11,670 bases of DNA from an archaeon (lineage in GTDB: Archaea; Iainarchaeota; Iainarchaeia; Iainarchaeales; 1-14-0-10-31-34). Within the stretch, counting starts at the first letter, position 1; each line of letters begins with the position of its first letter. The stretch covers positions 1-11,670 of the forward strand of contig JBDRFE010000072.1 in NCBI GenBank assembly GCA_043819075.1, given 5' to 3'. The notes under the pieces were generated by a model. The model saw nothing but the letters and a program-made list of their open reading frames with translations, did no database searches and was not told the DNA's origin. A program made the position numbers and the translations under genes. Below are positions 5,465 to 11,670 of this stretch, piece by piece.

Positions 5465-8400
5465 GTGTCAAAAAAAGATTCAGCTGAATTAAGCTTTAAG
5501 TCAACAGCAGAAATAGAGGTTTCAAAGAAATTAATTGAACAGGTTATCGGACAGGAAAACTCGGTTGAAATAATCAAGAAAGCTGCAGCACAAAAAAGAA
5601 ACGTTTTGTTGGTTGGGCTTCCTGGCACAGGAAAAAGCATGCTTGCTCAGGCAATGGCTGAAATCCTTCCCTTAGAAAAATTAAGTGATATTTTAATTTA
5701 CCCTAACAGGGCTGATTCAAATAACCCTAAAGTAAGAGTCGTAAAAGCAGGTGAAGGAAGAAAAATAACTGAACAGGCTACATTAAACCAGATGCAAAAA
5801 GAAAGCGGTTCAAGGCTGTTAGGATTTGTATTGCCTTTAGGCTGGTTTATTCTTGCATCAGTATTGTTTAGTTTTAATTTTATTGGCGAAATAACTTTTG
5901 CCGCGCTATTGATTTTAGGCGGCTTTATTTTAGTTGGGTTTGCTTTGGGCTCGCAGATCAGGACTAAAGGCGAATCAGATGTGCCAAAATTATTGATTGA
6001 TAATTCAGGAAAAAAAATCGCTCCATTCATTGAAGCAACCGGCGCAAGAGCAGGAGCATTGCTTGGAGACGTAAGGCATGATCCGCTTCAGACAATTTTC
6101 CCAAATACCGTTGTGTATTTAGTTGAAAACGAAAGAATTAAACCTGTTTTGATTAAAGCTTTGGCTGAAAAATTATTAAACGAAAATATTCCATTAGTAA
6201 ACAAAAGTTTTAAGGATTATGAAGCCTTGGTAATCCCAGAAAATAAAATTTTAAAAGTGTTGGGTTTTGTTGACGGAAAACCTGCCCCAGTTAATTTGCT
6301 TGGAGTAAACAAGAAAACATATTCTGGAAAAATGGTTAAGGTTAGAACTAATGAAAACACAGTCATCGTCACCCCAGAACACAAGATTTGGGCTGACAAA
6401 AAGTATGTGGCGGCAGAAAAACTTTCCGGTAACGAAAAACTTGCTATTTACAATGAACCAGTGCTTACTGAACAAGACGTTTTCAACACTTTCTCTGATT
6501 TTGATAAACATTCTGCAGGCGATTATCAAAGATATGTTTCTTTAAAAAGTGTTAATCCGTCATTTGGGTACAAGAGAATTGCAAAGCTTTTGAATATCCC
6601 GCAAGGAAGGGTTAGGTGGTGGCATTCAATTAATTCAAAACCAAATGCAGTGAAAACAGTTGAATTGTTAAAAGAACTTGATCTCATTCCGCTTAAATGT
6701 GATGACCCAAGACTTCCTGTTATTTCAAGAATTCTTGGAACCACTTTTGGTGATGGGGGAATTGCTGGAAACCTGAATAATATTTTCCTTTCAAGTTCTG
6801 AGGAAATTTCTTTAAAGCAGTTCAAACATGATTTGATTTCTGTTTTTGGGGAATACACCTGTGAAAACTTCAGTGAGATAATTTCAGGAAGGAATAAAAC
6901 AGGCAGATGCATTAGAAACTCAAACAGGGCAATAATAAGGTTTTTTGTTGCTTTAGGTGCGCCGGTAGGCAAAAAAAACATGGAAATAGAGGTTCCAAGA
7001 TGGATTCACGCAAATGAAATTTCATCCAAGGAATTCTTTGGGGCTTTTTTTGGAAACGAGTTATGTTCTCCTAAATTCTCAGTAAAACACAAATACATTA
7101 ATGACTTTGCAGTTGCTTTATGCGGTAAAAAACAATTAAAAGAAAACAGACTTAAATTCTTTTCTGAGATTTCTGATTTCCTTGCCAGCTATGGCATTAA
7201 AACAACCAGTGTTTATGAAAATGAGTTCAGGAAAGGTTCTTTTATGTGGAAACTGGGCATTTCAAAAGAATTAGAAAACATAACGAGATTTAAGGAATTC
7301 ATTAAATTAAGGTATTCAGATGAAAAACAGGGGAAAATAGATAAGGCATTGTTAGATTTATTTGAATGGAAAAAAGTCAGAAAAGCAGAACTTGAAGCCA
7401 ATGAAAAAAGTAATCAATCCATTAACTCAATATTGAATATTTCAGGGCAAATAATGGAACAAATTGCTTTAGGAAAACCTTTCAGCGACAGAGAAATAAA
7501 TTATTCTGGAACAATTTATAATATAACTACTTCTTCTGGAAACATAGTTGCAAATGGCATTTTGATAAGCAATTCAGGCGGATTAGGGACTCCAGCGCAT
7601 TTAAGGGTTGAACCAGGTTATATTCACAGGACAAACGGCGGAGTATTGTTTTTGGATGAAATTGCTACTTTGTCGCAGAAATCCCAGCAGGAACTTCTTA
7701 CAGCAATGCAGGAAAAAAAATATTCTATTACAGGCCAAAGCGAGTTAAGTTCTGGTGCAATGACTCGAACTGAAGCAATTCCATGTGATTTTGTTTTGGT
7801 TGCAGCAGGAAACTATCAGGATTTAGAAAAAGTTCATCCTGCTTTAAGGTCTAGAATCAGAGGATACGGCTATGAATTGTATATGAACTTGGATATGCCT
7901 GATACAATTGAAAACAGGCACAAGATAGTGCAGTTTGTGGCTCAAGAAATAAAAAAAGACGGTAAAATCCCGCATTTTTCAAAAAAAGCAGTTGAAGTAA
8001 TTATTTTTGAGGCAAAAAGAAGAGCCGGAAGAAAAAATAACCTTACATTAAAGTTAAGGGATTTAGGCGGCTTAATCAGGGCAGCAGGAGACATTGCAAA
8101 AGAAAAAGGCCATTCTTTGGTTGAAGAAGAAGATGTATTGCATGCAAAAATTAATGCAAGGACTTTAGAGCAGCAGATGGTAAAACAAATGCTTGACGAC
8201 AGGAAAGGCTATGATGTTTTCTTGAACGAAGGAACTGCAATCGGAAGGGTTAATGGATTAGCTGTTTCAGGCGACGGCGATGCTGGAATGATTCTGCCGA
8301 TTGAAGCAGAAATTGCTCCTGCGCAAAGCAGTTCAGAAGGAAAAATTATTGCAACAGGAAAACTCGGTGAAATAGCAAAAGAAGCAGTTCAAAATGTTTC

Positions 8401-8875
8401 TGCAATAATTAAGAGAATCAGCGGAAAAGATATTTCAAAATACGATCTGCATATACAGTTTTTGCAGACTTATTCCGGAGTGGAAGGGGATTCTGCTTCA
8501 GTTTCAGTTGCAACAGCAGTTATTTCTGCTTTAGAAAAAATTCCGATAAAACAGTCTCTTGCAATGACTGGTTCTTTAAGCGTGAGAGGCGAAGTCCTTC
8601 CAGTCGGAGGGGTTACAGCAAAGGTTGCAGCTGCAATTGCGGCCGGCTTCAAACAGGTTATTGTGCCAAAAGCAAATATTCCTGACATTATTTTAACTGA
8701 AGCAGAAAAACAGAAAATTGAAATAATTCCTGCTTCAACTTTAAGCGATGTATTAAAGAATGCTTTTGAAAAAGAGCACAGAAGAAATGTTTTTTTAAAA
8801 CAGCTGGAAAAAATCCTGAATATTGAACTGCCTAAAGTTCTCAAAAATGTTTCAGGGAAACAAAATTTAAAATAA
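5465..8875 (+). CDS. lonB: Archaeal membrane-anchored ATP-dependent Lon protease (LonB) precursor with an intein; about 642 aa after splicing
   Basis: GTG start, QVIGQE, Walker A GLPGTGKS, two hydrophobic segments inserted in the AAA+ domain, ALLGDVRHDPLQ//SGGLGTPAH, Walker B VLFLDEI, HPALRSRIRGYGYE, and the Ser-Lys dyad motifs GVEGDSAS and PVGGVTAK. Confidence 0.96.
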   Translation: MSKKDSAELSFKSTAEIEVSKKLIEQVIGQENSVEIIKKAAAQKRNVLLVGLPGTGKSMLAQAMAEILPLEKLSDILIYPNRADSNNPKVRVVKAGEGRKITEQATLNQMQKESGSRLLGFVLPLGWFILASVLFSFNFIGEITFAALLILGGFILVGFALGSQIRTKGESDVPKLLIDNSGKKIAPFIEATGARAGALLGDVRHDPLQTIFPNTVVYLVENERIKPVLIKALAEKLLNENIPLVNKSFKDYEALVIPENKILKVLGFVDGKPAPVNLLGVNKKTYSGKMVKVRTNENTVIVTPEHKIWADKKYVAAEKLSGNEKLAIYNEPVLTEQDVFNTFSDFDKHSAGDYQRYVSLKSVNPSFGYKRIAKLLNIPQGRVRWWHSINSKPNAVKTVELLKELDLIPLKCDDPRLPVISRILGTTFGDGGIAGNLNNIFLSSSEEISLKQFKHDLISVFGEYTCENFSEIISGRNKTGRCIRNSNRAIIRFFVALGAPVGKKNMEIEVPRWIHANEISSKEFFGAFFGNELCSPKFSVKHKYINDFAVALCGKKQLKENRLKFFSEISDFLASYGIKTTSVYENEFRKGSFMWKLGISKELENITRFKEFIKLRYSDEKQGKIDKALLDLFEWKKVRKAELEANEKSNQSINSILNISGQIMEQIALGKPFSDREINYSGTIYNITTSSGNIVANGILISNSGGLGTPAHLRVEPGYIHRTNGGVLFLDEIATLSQKSQQELLTAMQEKKYSITGQSELSSGAMTRTEAIPCDFVLVAAGNYQDLEKVHPALRSRIRGYGYELYMNLDMPDTIENRHKIVQFVAQEIKKDGKIPHFSKKAVEVIIFEAKRRAGRKNNLTLKLRDLGGLIRAAGDIAKEKGHSLVEEEDVLHAKINARTLEQQMVKQMLDDRKGYDVFLNEGTAIGRVNGLAVSGDGDAGMILPIEAEIAPAQSSSEGKIIATGKLGEIAKEAVQNVSAIIKRISGKDISKYDLHIQFLQTYSGVEGDSASVSVATAVISALEKIPIKQSLAMTGSLSVRGEVLPVGGVTAKVAAAIAAGFKQVIVPKANIPDIILTEAEKQKIEIIPASTLSDVLKNAFEKEHRRNVFLKQLEKILNIELPKVLKNVSGKQNLK
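6092..7573 (+). mobile_element. Intein (494 aa, precursor residues 210-703) with a LAGLIDADG homing endonuclease domain, inserted in LonB
   Basis: Removing 6092-7573 restores the conserved Lon motif DVRHDPLQ-SGGLGTPAH. Block A-like TIFPNTVV, block B VTPEHKI (6371-6382), block C ILGTTFGDG (6731-6757), block D-like GAPVGKK..VPRWI, block E FFGAFFGNEL (7034-7063), blocks F/G TIYNITTSSGNIVANGILISN, then Ser+1. Confidence 0.95.
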
Positions 8876-8884
8876 TTTTTTTTT
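8876..8884 (+). terminator. Putative oligo(T) terminator after lonB
   Basis: T9 directly follows TAA 8875 and overlaps the stop codon of the convergent gene. Confidence 0.4.
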
Positions 8885-10106
8885 ATGAAACAATTATTCT
8901 TCCTTTGCGTACGCTGAACTTTGTTTTTGTCAGCTTGGTGATTTCCTCTGACTTTAATGCCTTGAACTGAATGCTTTTTTCTTTTCTGCTGATTTTTTCA
9001 ACTTTACCTATCATTTTTCCCTTGGAATAAACAGGCAGTCCAACCAATAATTCTGTTATTTTTTTTCTTGCATCAAGGACTGCGCTCAGTTTGTATGAAA
9101 CCAATAAAATAACAAAACTTGAAATCATGCTTAAAATAAACCATGTCAGGTTTGTCTGGCCTATCAGCACTAAAGTCCCTGCATCCAGGATAAACCATAA
9201 AAGCAGGGTTGAAACACCGTACATAAAATAGTTCCTTAAATAAAATGCTTTTTTGAAGTGAATTGAATCAATGCTTTTTCCGATTAAAAAAGAAACCGGA
9301 ACCAAGAACAGGAAAACAAAAAATGTTTCCTGCAGTGAAGAAATGCTTTTAATGAATAAATCTGTTTCAAGGCTTTCATTGAATGCAGTGAAAGCCTGAT
9401 AGACTCCAAAAGCCAGAATGAATAAGCTTCCGACATAAAAAATAAAGCTTGCCCTTGAAATAGAAATGTTTTGGAAAAAATCTCTTGTAGTTGAAATCAT
9501 TTTTTCTTCTATTCCAAATCCTTTCAGAATTAAATAAAATCCTAAAAACAATGAAATTAATTTAATGCTTAAGTCTCCGAAAACATAATATAAAATTAAA
9601 ATTAATCCCGGAACCCCAAAAACAATTCTTGCAAGATAAGGGTCTTTTAATGCTTCTTTAATTGTATAATAAGTGCTTTCAACTTCTGATGCCTGTTTTA
9701 CAATAATTGTTTCTTTTGAAATAATCGGCGCCCTTGACTGCAGGATTGGAAGCACTTGATCATCTTCTGCTCCGTCTGTTACTAATACAAAGCCTTCTGC
9801 GGGAAATTCCTGTAAAACCTTGTCTAACTGCTCGTTTATTTCTTTATCTGATTCAAAATCCTGTTTGCCTACTCCGGTTAAAGTAACTATTTCAACAGCA
9901 GAGTAATATTTTTTTACTTCATCAAATTTTTTTATTGCACCGAAAAGGCAGTTTACATCGCTTTCTCCCGGGTCTGCAACACCTAATTTTGCTGCTGCAT
10001 TCAGGTTGTTCTGCCTTCCGATTACTGGCCCCAAAACACCGGCTTTCCTGCCTAAGTCGTTGTCCCTGTCAACGCATACAACCATTACATTTTTTGTTTC
10101 AGCCAT
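8883..10106 (-). CDS. DUF373 family membrane protein with a basic, PRC-barrel-like C-terminal extension
   Basis: VVCVDRDNDLG.KAG..GPVIGR..NL.AA.KL...DP.ESD.N.LF and LVTDGAEDDQVLPILQSR...IVKQA..VESTYY match my recall of DUF373. About six hydrophobic segments follow, then LVGLPVYSKGKMIGKV. Confidence 0.85.
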   Translation of the reverse strand: MAETKNVMVVCVDRDNDLGRKAGVLGPVIGRQNNLNAAAKLGVADPGESDVNCLFGAIKKFDEVKKYYSAVEIVTLTGVGKQDFESDKEINEQLDKVLQEFPAEGFVLVTDGAEDDQVLPILQSRAPIISKETIIVKQASEVESTYYTIKEALKDPYLARIVFGVPGLILILYYVFGDLSIKLISLFLGFYLILKGFGIEEKMISTTRDFFQNISISRASFIFYVGSLFILAFGVYQAFTAFNESLETDLFIKSISSLQETFFVFLFLVPVSFLIGKSIDSIHFKKAFYLRNYFMYGVSTLLLWFILDAGTLVLIGQTNLTWFILSMISSFVILLVSYKLSAVLDARKKITELLVGLPVYSKGKMIGKVEKISRKEKSIQFKALKSEEITKLTKTKFSVRKGRIIVS

Positions 10107-10202
10107 GCTTTCCCTTGATTATTTTATTTAAATATACGCTTAACTTTAATAATATCTTTACCTTCTATATTTATATATAATAATCAATTAAAGGTTACTG
10201 TA
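10107..10202. promoter_or_regulatory. Divergent promoter region with archaeal TATA-box candidates
   Basis: TTTATATA at 10170-10177 (+) sits within the palindrome TTATATATAA (10171-10180), 25 nt before ATG 10203. TTTAAATA on the minus strand at 10132-10125 precedes the DUF373 start. Confidence 0.5.
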
Positions 10203-11174
10203 ATGGGCAAAAGATTTGGCAAAACAGAGAGTTATAAAATAAAACAATACGTTTTTGTGTTAGTGTTCATTGTGCTTATTGCTGTCTTATGGCTTGCCTA
10301 CACCAGAGCAGATGATTTTGCTTTATGGTTGGGCGTTGTATTTGCTTTTCTTTTAACTGCTTTTTTTGTAAGGCAATACGATTTTTTGCTTACTTTAAAA
10401 GAATATGAGAGAGCAGTAATTTTTACTTTAGGCAGGGTTACAAGAGTCGGAGGCCCTGGCTGGACTTTTGTCATTCCTGTTGTACAGTCATATGTTTTAG
10501 TTGATTTAAGGACTCAGACAATTGATGTTCCCCCCCAGGATGTTATTACCACAGACAAAATAAAGCTTACAATTGATGCAGTAATTTATTTGTTTGTTGA
10601 CAAGCAAAAAAACTCTGTAATTAATTCAGTGATTGAAATAGACGATTACAGGAATGCTGCAAGGCTTTATGTCAGGTCAACTATAAGGGATGTAGTTGGT
10701 TCAATGGATTTATCCAGTGTTATTTCAAATATTGCTTTGCTTAACTATGAAGTAAAAAGAAAATTAGATGAAGTTGCAATTCAATGGGGAGTGAAAGTTG
10801 AGTCAGTTGAAATAACTAATGTGGTTATCCCAACAGAGGTTTTGGATGCAATGCACCAGCAAAAAGCAGCAGAACAAAGAAAGCTGGCAAAGTTTGAGGA
10901 AGCCGAAGGAAGAAAGTTTGAAATAGAGGCAGTTAAAGCTGCTTCAGAGTCTTTAAGCGATAAAACAATTGCATATTATTACATTAATGCCTTGGAAAAA
11001 ATGGCTGACGGAAAAAGCACTAAAATAATTTTTCCAATGGAATTATCAAAGTTAGCTGACTCTCTTGGCCAGCAGGTTACAGGAAAAGCAAAAGGCCTTG
11101 ATTTAAGTTCAATTGGCGTTACCCCTGAAATGATTGACGCTTACTTAAAAGCAAAGAAAAAAGAAAAAAAGTGA
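10203..11174 (+). CDS. SPFH/band 7 (stomatin-like) membrane protein
   Basis: Two N-terminal hydrophobic segments, then EYERAVIFTLGR, GPG..FVIPVVQ, VDLRTQTIDVPPQDVITTD, WGVKVESVEI, AMHQQKAAEQRK and STKIIFPMEL, all typical of stomatin/QmcA proteins. Confidence 0.93.
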   Translation: MGKRFGKTESYKIKQYVFVLVFIVLIAVLWLAYTRADDFALWLGVVFAFLLTAFFVRQYDFLLTLKEYERAVIFTLGRVTRVGGPGWTFVIPVVQSYVLVDLRTQTIDVPPQDVITTDKIKLTIDAVIYLFVDKQKNSVINSVIEIDDYRNAARLYVRSTIRDVVGSMDLSSVISNIALLNYEVKRKLDEVAIQWGVKVESVEITNVVIPTEVLDAMHQQKAAEQRKLAKFEEAEGRKFEIEAVKAASESLSDKTIAYYYINALEKMADGKSTKIIFPMELSKLADSLGQQVTGKAKGLDLSSIGVTPEMIDAYLKAKKKEKK

Positions 11175-11177
11175 TTT

Positions 11178-11670
11178 TCAGCCCACAATTAATGCTGCTT
11201 CAATTACTGCTCCGATGAACAGCAGCAGCAGTGAAAGAAAGATTAATCCAATAGTGTCTTTTATCAACAGGCTTATTTCGTGTTTCCTGTAATGGCCTTT
11301 GGTGACAACAATAGAGATTAATGCTCCAGCCATTGCTCCGGCAAAATAGCCTAATACTTCAAACATTCCGTGTGGAATCAATCCTAATGCCTTGATTAAT
11401 CCATGAAAGTAAGCAAAAACATAAGCAAATGCGCCAAAACCAGCATAGCCTGAAACAAGCATTAAAGCATCTTTTCCTATTACTGCTCCGATAACAGAGG
11501 CATTCCATGCAATCAAAAACATTGCTCCGACTCCATAAACTGCTGAAAGGATTATTCCCAAAAACAGCACTCTTAAATTGTTTTGGAGTATTACGTCAAA
11601 CCAGCACCATAAATTGTCTGAACAAACAGTTGTTGTGCCTGTAATGTTTCCAGTTAACTCTGTTTTGAGT
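11178..11670 (-). CDS. Stage II sporulation protein M (SpoIIM/DUF95) family membrane protein, 5' end outside the window
   Basis: The frame of the 11178-11570 ORF stays open to the window edge (LKTELTGNITGTTTVCSDNLWCWFDVILQNNLRVLF...). Family-like motifs are ILQNN, WNASVIG, LIPHGMFEVLGY and IGAVIEA. Confidence 0.8.
   Translation of the reverse strand, partial: LKTELTGNITGTTTVCSDNLWCWFDVILQNNLRVLFLGIILSAVYGVGAMFLIAWNASVIGAVIGKDALMLVSGYAGFGAFAYVFAYFHGLIKALGLIPHGMFEVLGYFAGAMAGALISIVVTKGHYRKHEISLLIKDTIGLIFLSLLLLFIGAVIEAALIVG

Noticed and set aside
3013..5640. Short ORFs 3013-3204, 4592-4777, 4708-4914, 4926-5108, 5198-5410 and 5449-5640
   Set aside because: They lie opposite nadB, rnz or lonB and show no independent coding evidence.
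6092..7573. Class 3 or class 2 intein, or a self-splicing intron, as the explanation for the insert
   Set aside because: No block F Cys, Trp is not at the H-x-W position, no block G Thr, residue 1 is not Ala and +1 is Ser. The insert is in frame with intein blocks at both ends, so it is not an intron.
5698..8844. Nested or antisense ORFs within lonB and the intein, including 6526-6981 (151 aa) and 8470-8844 (124 aa)
   Set aside because: Mostly mirror-frame shadows of the long sense ORF with no recognisable domains.
9935..10180. 81-aa plus-strand ORF
   Set aside because: Antisense to the DUF373 start and runs into the AT-rich promoter gap.
11568..11570. GTG start giving a 130-aa protein
   Set aside because: The frame is open to the window edge and includes the family-like ILQNN motif upstream, so the gene is truncated by the window.
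1..11670. A/T homopolymers as frameshift or phase-variation sites; CRISPR, tRNA, rRNA or IS elements
   Set aside because: All CDSs are in frame and the runs match Lys/Phe codon usage. Intergenic gaps are at most 128 bp and AT-rich, and I saw no repeat-spacer array, cloverleaf or terminal inverted repeats by eye.

Overview
AT-rich, gene-dense archaeal window with Lys/Glu-rich proteins. The archaeal call rests on a membrane-anchored LonB, a DUF373 protein and an RNase Z; a DPANN-type lineage is my impression only and is not verified. There are nine CDSs. In order: a 3'-truncated sugar-phosphate nucleotidyltransferase (-, missing from the ORF track); a thioredoxin reductase-like flavoprotein and a geranylgeranyl reductase-family enzyme (+); L-aspartate oxidase and RNase Z (-); LonB interrupted by a 494-aa LAGLIDADG-type intein (+); a DUF373 membrane protein (-); an SPFH/stomatin protein (+); and a 5'-truncated SpoIIM/DUF95 membrane protein (-). 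The most unusual signal is the Lon intein. It begins with Thr rather than Cys/Ser, ends Ser-Asn without the penultimate His, has no Cys in its splicing regions and lacks the class 3 signature, so it may use non-standard splicing chemistry. I saw no CRISPR array, rRNA, tRNA or IS element.
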